A program made the position numbers and the translations under genes. The notes under the pieces are model-generated. The model had not been told where the DNA came from. It saw only the letters and a program-made list of their open reading frames with translations, and did no database searches. Shown in pieces: positions 1 through 13,095 of a DNA stretch of 64,000 nucleotides. The stretch comes from the human T2T-CHM13v2.0 reference genome, Homo sapiens. Within the stretch, counting starts at the first letter, position 1. Each line of letters starts with the position of its first letter. The stretch is from NCBI RefSeq assembly GCF_009914755.1, contig NC_060937.1; one strand, 5' to 3'.

Positions 1-2004
1 ATGTTGAGCTGATTAAGTAAGTAGGAATAAAGAATGCTGTTCACATACAGAGTTGGTGCTAAGTAGAAATCCCACTACTTTCCCTGGTGATCTCTTCAAA
101 TCACCCTCTTAACAACCACAACCTTGGATATGAGAAATGAATGTTTTGGTCCTAGTTGAAAGGGAGATGATGGCCCTTTTCTCCAGCCTCCAATAAAAAC
201 TCAAGAACAACCTGTGTGGCATTCTTGCTTGGGCCACTCCTTGAAAATCATGAGGGACAGGATTTCACTCCTCCCAAAGTATCCTCCTAGGCAAATTCTT
301 AGAAAGGTTTTTTTTTCCTATCACAATTTAATTCCTATCAGAATATCTTTGTAATTTCCAGCCCTTGGTTGCAGATCTGTTCGCAGAAGCTACCTAGAAG
401 ATATTTCATTCCTTTGTATGGGGAGACATTCAAATATTTGAAATCACAAATCTGCTCTTATAAAAAATTGGCTAAGTAAATTCTTCTTTGACTGTGTAGA
501 ATAAACATGCATACAGTTGTCTTTGAAGTCGTTAGCTCACATTGAAAAGAAAAAGTTTAGAAGAAATTAAATATATAATTTTGGGGGAAAATTTATCTAT
601 AATTTTAGCTCATAGTTTACAATTCCTATATGACTGTTTGGAAGGTATTTATTTTAGAATGGATGGATGTTCCGTATTAACCTGTAGGAAGGGTTTGTGA
701 ATATTCTGTTGCTCTGAATTATTAGCGGTCTAGATCTAGGCTGGACTTTGAGAAATATGAAATAAAAAAATACCTCTTTGGAGTGTGGTGTTGCTCTTTA
801 AAAAAAAAAAAAAAAAAAGCCCAGTGAATAAAAGGAAAACCCAGTCATTTCTCCTGGAAGCCTTTCAATAGTGACTCAATGGCAATGTTGTGGTTGAAAT
901 TGTTGCTCCTAGATAATGAGAAAAGTTAAAGCCATCTTCTCAACAGTGAGTAGAAAAATCTTTTAAATTTTAGAGATGTCATAAATATAGTCTTAAGAAA
1001 ACTATTGGGAAAACAGTTTCTTGTTTTATTTGCTTATTTCCTAAGGAACAAAAATGATTGCCATTTTACAACTTTATCCCTATAAAGTTGTAGCCTTCAT
1101 GATGACATAATTCCCAAAGTCAGCTAGAATTCCGAGAATCAAAGAAGAAACTGAAATCTAATTACAGAGAACAAATGCAACAGGCCAGTTATATTTCCAG
1201 ACGTTTTTGGTTTGCCCAGTTCCCTAATTTTTCATACTTCTCTTTAGTCTGTTCATTTTTTGCTTAAAAATTGAATGGAATTTTGATGCGACATTTTAGA
1301 ATAAATTTTAAAGAAGCATAAAACTAAAAACCTACTTGGAGAATTATGAATGTTAGGTAACATATACAGTGTTAAGCAGAGTTTTACTAATTGGAGAATT
1401 TTACTTGTTCCCTTTTAAGTTTAAAAGATAGGTGTTGCATAACTCTGAAAATCTGGGATGATGAGAAGACCTCAGGCATGTTCTACAAACAAGATTTTAA
1501 AGGAATGTCAAGTATGGTGCTAAGAAAATAGTTTAAAATTTGTAATTTCCTTTCACCTAGCTCCCAATCCAGAAAATAATTGACCAAAAAAATTGATAGC
1601 AACCTTGTAAAGAGTTAAGGTAAAAAAGAATAACCTCTCATTATCTTTGTTTCTCAAGCAAAATATACATTTTAGTAAACAGATTTTGGGGGAAAAGAAT
1701 GGAATAGCTACATTTACATGACATCAATAGAGGGCACAATTATTAGAGTTTCATAAGTGTAGCTAAGGAAAAAGATCACAATTCACAAATATAAATTTTT
1801 GTCATTTTGAGAACATAGAAGACCCCTGAGTGATGGTCATTTCATCAAATGTCCATGAGCTTTATATTCCAGGCAACAGAGGTCTTCCTTTACAGTGCTT
1901 GGACTATGATAATCCTACTATGATTTGAGGTTAATCAGGCCATTATGTGCAAAATTTGAGGATAGGGCCAACTTATCGCAATCTACTTCCATTTTCATGA
2001 AGCC

Positions 2005-2371
2005 TGTCTTAGTTCGTTCAGGCAGTTATGACAGAATACAATAGTCTGGGTAGTTTAAACAACAAACATTTATTTCTCACAGTCCGGAGGCTGGAAGTCC
2101 AAGATTAAGGGTGCTGGCAGATCAGGTGTCTGCTGAGGACCCACCTCCTGGTTTGTAGACAGCCATCTTCTGGTTGTGTCCTCACAAGGCAGAGATTAGA
2201 GAGCAAGCTCAGGTCTCTGAATTCCCTTATAAAATCACTAATCTCCTCACGAGGGCTCCATCCTCATGACCTAATTACTTCCCAGAGACCTCATCTCCAA
2301 ATACCAACACACTGGGGATAAAGGCTTCAACATATGAATTTTAGGGGAACACAAACCTTCAGTCCACAGCA
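2005..2371 (-). mobile_element. MLT1A-type MaLR solo LTR
   Basis: TG...CA ends (tgtcttagt...cagtccacagca); typical MLT1A motifs (acatttatttctcacagt, ggaggctggaagtccaagat, ttcaacatatgaatttt); identical 5-bp flanks AAGCC at 2000-2004 and 2372-2376. Confidence 0.9.
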
Positions 2372-4124
2372 AAGCCCATTGCTTACTGTTGCCTCTTTTC
2401 AAAATTCAGCACTAAGCTTAATATTGATGTCTCTCCAGCAAACATTTTACTTCAGTTGAGACTCAAACCATTTGAATGGGGCTCAGCAATTTGGTTTGGC
2501 TATTTCTCATGCAGCCTCTCTACATGGCCGTGTGTGTGGCAAAAACTCTAAATCTTATGGTGCTAATTTCCCCTTCAGTGTCTAGAAATGGTTTCAGAAA
2601 GAATGATGACATCACTGAGCTACCAAGACGGAAAAATTATAGGGTTAATGAACAAGAGTGAAGAAGGAGAAATGAAGCCTTCTCAGAAGCAAGCTACAGG
2701 AAGATTAATGTGTGAAATTCTACAAACTAACCAAGTTTAAGGAAGCAGTTGCAAGAGATAAATGATGGAGGACTTGTAAAAAAAGGTTTAACTCTGCTTA
2801 ACAACGATATTTGTGGGTATTTTTTTTCCTTATGCTACTAGTACAAGCTACAAGTGAAAGAGTAGAATGAAAACAGCTAAAAAAAATTTGCTACAGTGCA
2901 ACTAGCTGTCAGGTAGGAAGAGTATATCTACATGATAAACAGGCGCTTACCTGAAGGAGGGGCGTGAAAGGGAAATAAATCTTTTATTCACCTTGACTAT
3001 AAACCTAATCCTGATCTCACTCCCTCCTGACTAGTCCTTAACCCTGCCTCTCAAAAACACTGATTTTGCTCAACATAAGTGTTGTCCAGTAAGTTTTAAA
3101 AATATCAAATTAGCTGGCCAATTTAAACATAAGAAAGTGATTGAACTTAAACATGAATGTACTTCAAGCAGTAGCTTAAAGTATATTCTATGGCTAATTT
3201 GGGTTTTCCTCAAGAAATAGGTTTCACAGCCAAATAACTTCATGATGCTGGGCTAAACCAGTTAAAAAATTTGCCCCACACACCACCCAGATGTCTCAGG
3301 GGCTTCAGGAGGCGCATGTGCAGGCCACGTGCAGGAGAATGCAGCATGTCCTAAACAACTTTCTATCACTGCCCCAACTTTTCCAAATGTTGAAGAAGGA
3401 GCCTAATCTATAAAGTGTTGGTTAATAATGCATCTCTCAAAATATAAATAAATTATAGCATTCTTCAAATAGAAAAAATTAACAAAGTTTAACAACTGTA
3501 TCATTCACCAAATATCTACTATTTCTCCTCTTCTTTAATCTATTTGTTTGCATTCAACTCTTTAAATAAATGCAGACCTCTCTGCCAGTGTCCACCAATG
3601 TGTTAAAAATCCCCCTCTATCTTGCCTCCTCTTGGAAAGACACAGAGAGGACACAAAATAAAGAGAAAAGATTAAAGTGTATTTTCCTTTCTTGCACTGA
3701 GGTTAATTAAAAATACATCAGAAATATTGAAACATAAAAATCAGAACATTGGATTGGAAATTAGTGGTTGGATTTCTAGGAAGGGTAGGTTAAAGTCCTA
3801 AGTATTAGTTTAATCTGAGACGTAATCACAGCAGTGATTTCTGGGCCCACGTTGGTATAAGATATTTCCTGATGGCAGCTTGTGAATACAGATGAACACA
3901 GCAAATTGTACATCATCTCAGGAATACTGAAGCCCAAACTAATAAATTTCCCTAAACTCTGCTAAACTAGAAACATATGCTACAGGAGATGTTCTAACCT
4001 ACAAATAAAATACATTATCTCATACCAAAAAGTATTTCCATATGCCCAAACCTTAAATGCATGACTGTTATGTAGTTCAGGGATTTTGTTTCTTAGAACT
4101 TCTGTATCAAGAACACATAAAGAA

Positions 4125-4245
4125 GAGTGTGGAGTCCCAGGAGGCTCTTCCCACTCTTAGCTGTGTGAAGCTGGGTAAAGCACTAGATGTCTAGTGAGGC
4201 TGATTTTGATTGTTTGTAAAACAGGAAAATAATCCCTGCTTTAAG
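4125..4245 (+). mobile_element. MIR SINE fragment
   Basis: MIR core-like cactcttagctgtgtgaagctgggtaaa...tgtaaaacaggaaaataat. Confidence 0.6.
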
Positions 4246-4369
4246 TATCCACACATATGTCCTGATAATCAAATGAGAAAATTTAGAACCTAATAAATAG
4301 TAAAGTTGTATATGTGTGTTAGTTGCGAATAGGATATAATCTTGTACATCTCTCTTTTTTCCTTTCCTT

Positions 4370-4548
4370 CTGTCTATATGTTTAGGTCTATGCAGAGATC
4401 TAATATCTGTCTGTATATATCTATTTATCTTCTCCATCATCATCTCATCATTTATCATCTAACATTTATCTACCTACTATCTATTATCTATCATCTATCT
4501 ATCCATGATCATCGTCAACTATTATCTATTTATCTACTGATCTATATT
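4370..4548. repeat. degenerate (TCTA/TATC)n microsatellite
   Basis: repeated atct/tcta/atca units seen directly. Confidence 0.85.
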
Positions 4549-5377
4549 TAAACATGTCCTTTTGTTATGCTTCTGTATATATACAACTGTATTGGTGACT
4601 TTTTTACAGGTTTCAAAGATGACTATAAATGTGTAGGTTATTTATTTCTTTCTCTTAATATTCTGAAGCATCCCAAAGACTACGTCAAAAAATTATGGTG
4701 AAAAGCTGAAGATAGTAATTTATTTGCGTCAATTTTCCCAGAACCTCATTGGATGATCAAGCCTGCATTTCTTTTCTTCTTTATTGTTATAAAGTATTAG
4801 TTATTCCAGAGAGGAGAAAAACATAATTGGATTATTTAGGACCTATATTTTGTAATGTCACCTAATTTTATAATATAACAGGTACCATTATGGCAATGCA
4901 AAATAAAACATGGGATGAAGTTGCTCAGGATGCAGAGCAGTGTGGTTGGTGTGCATTTTGCCCTGTTCCGTACCACTTATGACTACTGAATATTCTACAA
5001 ATGTGCAGAGAAATGGGCGACATTTGTTTTGGAGTAACCTGGAAGGATGAGGCCCAATTCTGCTTGCTCTAAAGGATGAATAGTTCTTTTGAAAGCCAAG
5101 TACATAACTGTGAGGCCCGGAAGCTCTAAGTTCACTTAGACAAACATGTCACTGTGATGGCTGATCTTTAGCACAAGCGCAAGCCCACTGCATTGATTGG
5201 CCCAGAACCCAATGTAGTCAAACGTGAAGGTCTTCTGTACACCGTGGATGGTGGGGAGAGGAGGGCAATCCCTCAAAGCCTGGAGTCTTTCTCCAGTCTT
5301 GCCAGTCTCCCAGGCTGGCCAGGTGGCAGCTGGTCTGCCTGCTTCTCTTTCTTTTTACAGGTTGTTCCTGAACTTTT

Positions 5378-5770
5378 ACTATTGTACCATACTCTGCTGT
5401 AGGAAATTAGGAATACAATGGTGAACCAGGCAGATGCTGCACCTGTCTTTATAAATCTTATATCCTAGTAGAGACGAGAGTTTTAAAAAAATCATACTAA
5501 CAAAATTAGACTCCAAATTATTATAAATGCCAAGAAGGAAATTAATAGACTGAAAGAACAAATAAAAAGCAGGTGGTTCCATGGATAGCGAGATCAGAGA
5601 GGGACTCTTTGAGGAGGTGACAGTGAAGTTAAGACATCAAAGTAGGTCTCAGATTAAATGCCAGAGCATGAAGAAGTTTCTGCTGGAAGAGGGTGATTGA
5701 ACATCGCAAGTAAAAGAAACGTCAAGTACAAAGGCCTTGAGGTGGGAATGGGCCAGGCCGTTTGGAGTGT
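5378..5770 (-). mobile_element. L2 LINE fragment
   Basis: antisense L2 3' motifs: gatcagagagggactctttgaggaggtgaca, caaaggccttgaggtgggaatg. Confidence 0.7.
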
Positions 5771-6689
5771 AATGGCAGGGTCCCGTCTAGGGAGTACAGC
5801 TGTAGCTTTTGAATTGTCATAGACCCATGCCCCAGGAGCAGTGAGGAGAACAAGTGATTGGGGATTTCTGGAGGTATTTGCACTTTGCTCCTGTTCTTAT
5901 AATCAAGTGAAGCTTTTCAAACTGAGATGGATGTGTTTCAGTATTTTCACAACTGACATGTTTGTACCAGATCAAACTGGATGAGTGTTACCCCTGAGAG
6001 GTGGAGTTTTTCTGAACATACTTTGGAAACGTACTCTATGCAACAGCATAGAGACGGAAAACAGAAGGCGTTTTTCAGAAATAGGAAATAATCTTGTTTA
6101 CTATAGGGAGAGTGTGGGATGATGTCTGGAGTTTCAGGTAAGGCTTGATGTGGCTTCTGGGAAGACTGTGGAAAGCTCTGAATGTCAAGTATGTTTTTAA
6201 TCCACCATAATGTTGACACCAGCCACTTGACCTTACTTGCAGAGATGAATACCATGAGCATCCTGGCTGCCCTCTGCATCTTGGCTGCCCTACCCCCATG
6301 ATTACCTGGCACTTCCCATTTGCCTCCATGATCTAGGACATGCCTGGTATTGCAGAGGGCCTCCAAGGCCATACTGGCATTCATTATGACTAGTTGGTAT
6401 TTATTCATTACTGGTTATTAAATATTTTAAATGTCACTTATATTAGTTCCACAGAACTATTATTTTAAAAAATTCTGCATTTAAATAGCTTTGGAGATAC
6501 AAGAAAGACATAAGATTCTGTGTCTCCAGACATGCTTGAGAGCCTCTTTCACCCCAGTTGCTGCTCAGGGACCTAGAGATCCACAGAGTGCCCTTTGGTA
6601 ACACTCCTGATCTGCTTCAGTGACTTTATTTAAATGTCTCTTGTGTTAAATTCCTCCCACATGTAAGCCACCTCCACCCTGTGGTCTCT

Positions 6690-7130
6690 GCTCTCCTTCT
6701 AAAACACAACTATGATTAGGTTATTTCCCTGCTTACAAACTCGATAACTTCTCATACCTGCAGAATACAGGCCAAACTCCTTATTAAGGGCTTCCAAGAC
6801 TCTTTGCAAATGGTTACCTCTCCACACGTCAACACCTGTTATTCCCAGTTCTTCCCTCAAGGCCCCTGTGACCTAGACACAAATGACGATTTTGAACACA
6901 GCAAAGACTTCATAGCTCCTGGCTTCCTCTTGATTCCCTTGCCATAGACCCCTGATCTTGCAGACCCCAGCATAAATTGCATTCTTCCTATGAAATCATT
7001 CTCAATCTCCTCACTCCCAGTGAGTCTCCCCACTCTCAGCTCTCATGGCAATTTGTTTACATCCAGAACATTTATCTCAGGCCCAGTTGTACTTATTTAT
7101 TGTTAGCCTTGTCCATTTTGGTCTCCACCA
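6690..7130 (+). mobile_element. L2 LINE fragment
   Basis: ttccctgcttacaaac...cagaatacaggccaaactcctt, typical of the L2 3' region. Confidence 0.6.
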
Positions 7131-7254
7131 GACAGTGATCTCTGGCACTACATGGTCTTCATCTCCTAATGACCCACCCTGCCCCTTCCTCTACCACCAA
7201 GGTATGGCTTTATACCTTGCACCCATTTCCTGTTTTTTGTCAACCTAGGCTAAC

Positions 7255-7677
7255 TGTGTCAGGCCATTCTTGCACTGCTATAGAGAAATTCCTGAGACTG
7301 GGTAGTTTATAAAGAAAAGAGGTCTAATTGGCTCATGGTTCTGCAGGCTGTACAGGAAGCATAGCGCCGGCATCACTCAGCTTCTGGGGACAGCTCAGGA
7401 AGGTTTTACTCATCGCAGAAAGCAAAGTGGGAGCTTGTAGGTCACATAGTGAAAGCAGGAGCAAGAGAGAGTGTCAGGGGAGGTGCCACACACTTTTCAA
7501 TGACCAGCTCCCATGTGAACTCACTGTTGTGAGGACACCACCGAGGGAATGGTGCTAAACCATTCATGAGAAATCCACCCCCATGATCCAGTCACCTCCC
7601 ACCAGGCCCCACGTCTAATACTAGGGATTACATTTCAACATGGGATCTGGGTGGAGACAAATAGACAAACTATATCA
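7255..7677 (-). mobile_element. MSTA-type MaLR solo LTR
   Basis: tgtgtcaggccattcttgcactgctata...ggtgctaaaccattcatgagaaatccacccccatgatcca...caaactatatca; flanks CTAAC/GTAAC (4/5 TSD match). Confidence 0.9.
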
Positions 7678-8179
7678 GTAACCAAAAAACAAACAAAACA
7701 AAACAACCAAAAAACAAAAATCAAGTGATGGTATTGAAAGGGCACTCAATCAGAAGATCTGGTCTTCAGGCCGGTCTCTGAACCTGAACAGATATATGGC
7801 CTTGGGCACACTCCATAAGATCAGGGGCTCTGGTACCTTAAAGGATAAACGAAGAGTCTTGCCCGAGTCTAGCTTCTCCGCAGAAACTTGAGCCCATGCC
7901 TGACCTTATCTGTATAAAAATGCACTGTAATTATTTTTTAAATTTGCATTGTTAGGCCCATCTGACACACAGCCAGTGTTAACCTACTTTCCTTCTACTG
8001 TCAGTGAATTCTCCACCTACAAGGACTGGGCATCCTTCATCTAAGATTTCTGGTCATGTTGGGTCAATATCAAAGGTGTTTTGGGCAGTTCTTCTTGTAG
8101 GTTAACTGTCAGGACCTCACTGGAAAATCAGTACACAGAAGGAGAATGACAAATAGACAGCCCTGGGAGGTGCAGGCTC

Positions 8180-9025
8180 CCCTTCTCCCACTGCCTCAAT
8201 TCACACACCCTTATTTCTCACCTAGGGCACCCCAGCAGACTGGCCTCCTGCACTCATGCCCCAGATGGAGACCCAGGTGACCCTGAACATGCAAATGTGA
8301 TCATTATTGCCTGCCTGAAATCTGCCAATGATCTCTGGTGCTTTTGGGGCCACGTTTAAATCATGATCTGATCCCCCGCTCTTGTTCTATGGTCACTCCA
8401 TTATTCACTTCTTATTGCAGTCCCTACATCACTAGCCATTCCCTATCAACTTAGGGTGGTCCAGTGAAATCCAGGACACCCAATTAAGTTTGAATCTCAG
8501 ATAAATCACAAATAATGGTTTAGTATAAGTATGTTCCAAATATTAAATGGGAGGTATTTATACTTACAGTAAAACATTATTTGTTGTCTATATGAAACTC
8601 AAATTTTACTGAGTGTCCTGGATTTTTATTTGCTACATCTGGCCACCCCGCCTATTACACACATGGTCTCAAAGACCCCTGCTTGCTCCCCTGCTGTCAT
8701 TTCTTCCACGGCCACATTTTTCTCCCTCTCCTCCTACTTCACATCTGTGCATCATTCAGAACTCCTTCCATTTCCTCGTCAAAGCCTCCATTACTTCCAA
8801 TCTAATTTGAATGCTTCTCTATGTTACCCTGGGCCTATGTCTAGTAATTTATTTATACAAACCTACTGTAATTATTTATTTGTATTTTTCTCTGACTCAC
8901 TGAACATTTCCTGAGGGCAGGAATCATGGCCTCTTCTTTTATCTATTCCTAGAAACAGAAATAGAATAACAGAATGGCTGGCACATCATAGCTGTTCAAT
9001 ATTGTTGTTTGATGAATCAAATGAT
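8180..9025 (+). mobile_element. L2 LINE 3' fragments, interrupted by MER53
   Basis: atgcaaatgtgatcat, ttcctgagggcaggaatcatg, tggcacatcatag...tcaatatt...tgaat tail. Confidence 0.65.
8452..8650 (+). mobile_element. MER53 palindromic hAT-type MITE
   Basis: matches recalled MER53 consensus along ~200 bp (agggtggtccagtgaaatccaggacacccaattaagtttgaatctcagataaa...tagtataagtatgttccaaatatt...gtcctggatttttatttgctacatctggccaccc); internal inverted symmetry. Confidence 0.85.
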
Positions 9026-10261
9026 GTCATTTACTAGCTTTTGAAAGCACACAAAGAAAAACATATGGGCAGAGGCCTAGGTTTCCAGGGTAAAGGAGAA
9101 GAAGATACCAGACATCAAAGCTGCTAACTCATTTCTGGATGGCCATATTTATGAGACAATTAAGGGGACTGCAGTTAGGAGGCAGGCTGCAGATACAAGA
9201 GGAACACTCAAGACAGCACAGTCAGAAAGCCCATGGCCAGATATCAGTAACTGAGAACATAGAGACCAGAGATTGGAAATAGTGCTTTGGAAGCCTTGCA
9301 TCTCAGTAACCCCATGGAAGAATAAGCCTTAGGATAATGTGAATTTGACAGTAAAGATTGATGACCTGGCTGACAAATAAAGGCTATACCGTGAAATCTT
9401 TTCCTCTGTAAGAATTTTAGCAAAAGAGAAGGAATGGGACCATCTGGCCACAACTGTCTTAAAGAAACTGATCTCATCAGCAATGGTCCCCAGAGGAGTC
9501 ATGAACAGTGGCTTGGGAGTGTCAGGCAAGCCCTTCTTCTGGCTGTACAAAGTGATGGTGTGGCCAGTGCAGGCAGCAAGAGCTTGCAGAGGCAGGTGGT
9601 AACTTTCCTGTTTTCTCTGTAGGATCCTTTTCCCAAACTTCCTCTCCTTTCTCTAGACTGTTCATGCCACTTCAAATCCTAATTTGAGAATTAGCCAGAG
9701 CTATGAGGGGGGATATGTAAAGGAAGATTTGATGGATCTGCCAAAGAAAGGAGATCAAAAACACAGGCCATTAACCTGTCGGTGCCTCAGGGTCCCAGCT
9801 CATCCTGTCTCCTTCACTTCTTCAGCAGAAGCTTTCCCCCATTTTTCTGTTCTTTACTCTCCTCTTGCTTCTTATCAACCTAACCCCCAGCCCCACACCC
9901 CAAGTGAATGGCTTTTGGCTTAATGAATGTTTACTAATGGATAAGCTACTGTCCTACACTTTCAGAATAAATGTTGAGAGTCTGACAAATAGTCACAGCT
10001 TTTACAATATACTTCTGGGGCATATCCTAAGGAACCAATCAGAGGCCAAATATTTATGTTCACTGATGTGCATTACAATATTACAATCTGAGATGCTCAT
10101 GCAACAAAATACTATCCAACCATCAGAATAACATTTTCTGGGAATATTTAATAACAGAGGGAAATGCTTGTGATTGCCATCATGAAAATCAAAATAAAAG
10201 ATTCTAAGTTCCAAATAGTGTTATGTATGTATGTATGTATAGATACATACATAAGACACAA

Positions 10262-10488
10262 TGAAGCATTGAGGTTAGAGGCATGAGGCTTGGAGTTAGA
10301 CTCTTTTAGTGGCACTTTTACTGTTTTTTAGTTGAGATTCTCTGAAAATTCATTGGGCATCAGGATGTCATTATAAAATCAGAGGAATAGAATTTGTCTA
10401 ATAGAACATTTTTGTGAATTTATATGAGAGACCCTTTGTCAAATGACTACTCTAGTCCTACCCACAGCAGGAATTCAATAAATGGTAT
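10262..10488 (+). mobile_element. MIR SINE (degenerate)
   Basis: gaggttagaggcatgaggcttggagttagac at start, cacagcaggaattcaataaatggta at end. Confidence 0.6.
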
Positions 10489-12195
10489 ATACATATATAA
10501 ATTTAAAATATTACTACCCAAAATATATGAAAGTCTTATTACCACAGGTTACCACTAAGTAGTGGTATTACAGGTTTTTCAATTTATTCTCCATGTTTCT
10601 TTATTTTTAAGTTATGTATAGTAAGTATATATTACTTTTACAATTATAATTAAAATATTATATTAAGTAAATTGACATAAAGTTTGCAACAGCTGAGATA
10701 TTTATTTTGTTTTCGTTTTTATTTTCTCTTCTTGCTAGAGACAAGATAAAAAGATCTAGGGCTATTGCCAACAACATGCCAAGGTCAAATAGGAGACTCT
10801 GTGTGACCTAATATTTCCTGGCAGACATGAAGGCTCAGGATGGCTCTTGCCTACTTAAGCAAAACCTTAATTCAGAAAACAGGTCTGTAGGAACAGTTTG
10901 TGTTATATTTATAAAACTTAAAACTACCTAAACAGTAAGATACTGTAGTTGCTGAGAATCACGCTCTGCAGTGAGGACACCAAATTAATTATCGTTGATG
11001 AAAGGCTGTGTTAGTGAGAGCAAAACTTAGAGACTCCAGACACACCTTTCCCTACTCACATGCCTGATTACAAACCTCGAGATGCTCTATAGAGCAGTGT
11101 GCATTTACTTAGGGACATTTTAATTTTGTTTGATATTTCCTCCATCCTCTGTTTCTATAATGGACTTCTGGGCTTCCCTGACTTGTCTCTGTTCTTCTGT
11201 GTTCATGTCTCTCTGTGGAATGACAGTTAATGAAGAGAAAGTGAACGTGTTATCACGGCCAACACTGAGATTGCAGGAGGAAAGATATGAAAGCCACAGG
11301 AAAGATATGAAAGCCTCACCAAAGAGGAAATAAACCACCTAAAATAAAAGGCAATTTTGTTTGTGAAATGTGAAAAATGTGATAATCTACTTTATTTATG
11401 ATGGACTACATGTTAAAGTGTGGGGTGATGAAAAGAGCCACCTTCTGTCCTCTGCCCTCCGCCTTCAAGCTGGTCTTGACCATCATTGTCGTCCTTCAAA
11501 TGATGAAATCGCTGCAGTAACTTCAGGGCTGTTTGCTCTGCTGCTGACCTCACTGTACGCAAATTAGCCCTTCTTCTGAGGCTCAACTATGCTATGTCCA
11601 TTACCCTAGTTACTGCTCACAATCTACATAATGTGACAGATCATGAAACATGAACTAGTAAAATGTGTATTTATAAAGTAGGCAATACCGTTATTGTTTT
11701 CAGAGGAAATGACAGTATGTCTAGAGAGCTCATGAAAAATAGAAGAGATAGAAAATGGGTATTCCAAAGCCTAGACCTTTTAAAAGCAATTATCAATCAT
11801 AAGCTATAATGAAAAGAATGTGATTCACAACAGTGGTTCTTCTGTGAGCCAGATGGGTGTGGATTCCATTCAGAAGTAGTGCATAGTCCCCAAGCTTGCA
11901 CCTCACTTGAGCCCTGGATCCCCAAATCATTCTGTTTTTGTCCAGAGTTTCACAAGGTTGATTTTGAAAATGTTCCCACCAGCTCTGGCTATGGGAATCA
12001 CAGTGGGAAATAAACGCCATAGCATCTTCCCCATCATCCCCGTCTCCTCCTGAGACAAAACACATTTTCCCCTAAATGCTAACTGGGCTGTCTGCCTCCA
12101 GCATAGACAATCTTTTACATTTTTACCACAAAGTAGTTTTAGCTGCCTGGACCACATCACCAATTGAATAGTATGATGTTCTGGGTAAGGGCAGA

Positions 12196-12641
12196 ATAGT
12201 GGGTTGAATGGTGACCCCCAAAAATATAGGTCTATGTCCACTTCTCTAGAAACTCTGAATGTCACTTCATTTGGAAAAAGGATATTTGCAAATATAACTA
12301 AGTTAAAGGTCTTCAGATAAGATCACCCTGGCTTATACAGGTGGTCTCTATGTCCAACATAATGTGTTATTTTAAGAAACACAAAGAGGACAGACAACGA
12401 GGAGGGAGTGTAAACCTGGAGGCAGAGATTAGAGTGATGTGGCCACAAGCCAAGGGATGCCACAGAAGTTGGAAAGTTGGAAGAGACAAGAAACAATCTC
12501 CCCTAGAGTCTCTGGGGGGAAGTCTGGCCCTGTTGACACCTTGAATTTGAACTTCTGGTCTCTAGAATTATGAGTCAATTTCTCTTGTTTTAAGGCATCT
12601 AGTTTAAGATAATTTGTCAAAGCTACTTCAGGAAACTCAGA
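12196..12641 (+). mobile_element. MLT1C-type MaLR solo LTR
   Basis: agtgggttgaatggtgacccccaaaa start; ggaggcagagattagagtgatgtggccacaagccaaggga; gacaccttgaatttgaacttctggtctctagaa. Confidence 0.85.
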
Positions 12642-13095
12642 GAAGCAGGTTCTAGAGTTAGCAAATGAGGACTATAGTCCCAAATTCGATATGACCTTGG
12701 GCAAGTTGATAAACCTCTACAGTCATCTGTAAGGTGGGGATGATAAAAATAATACAGTCATGAGCTATTCGGTCAATGACAAGGTAGTCCTATGAGATTG
12801 TAATACTGTATTTTTATTGCACCTTTTTATGTTTAGATACACAAATACCATTGCCAAGAGTATTCAGTACAGTAACATACTGTACAGGTTTGTAGCCTAG
12901 GAGCTATACCAAATAAATAGTACAGGTGTGTAGTAGGCTATCCTATGTAGCTTTGTGTAAGTACACCCAAGAAAGTTCACACAAGGACAAAATCCCCTTA
13001 CAGTGCATTTTTCAGAAAGTATCTCTATCATGAAGCAATGTAAGACTGTATGTTCCTCACACGGGTATTGTGAGATTTAAATAAGATGTCTATAT
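12642..13095 (+). mobile_element. MIR SINE split by a Tigger3 insertion
   Basis: tgaccttgggcaagtt...catctgtaaggtggggatgata before the transposon; cctcacacgggtattgtgagatttaaataagat after it. Confidence 0.7.
12755..13048 (+). mobile_element. Tigger3a/MER7-type Tc1-mariner non-autonomous DNA transposon
   Basis: TA|cagtc ... gactg|TA ends (TA TSD); internal agtattcagtacagtaacatactgtacaggtttgtagcctaggagc. Confidence 0.88.

Noticed and set aside
800-835. Isolated poly-A run followed by AATAAA
   Set aside because: No upstream retrocopy body or TSD, and the signal is on the wrong side; treated as a simple repeat
2880-3915. Weak inverted similarity between about 2885-3040 and 3780-3910 (possible ancient TIRs)
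   Set aside because: Only scattered short words match by eye; it cannot be separated from chance without an alignment
5341-5426. Strong acceptor ttctctttctttttacAG|G at 5360/5361 with a possible donor at 5420
   Set aside because: Donor ATG|GTGAAC is weak and most of the 60 nt is antisense L2; insufficient support
5947-6408. 153-aa minus-strand ORF
   Set aside because: No recognisable domain or splice context; its start overlaps a probable hAT-type relic end near 6400-6437
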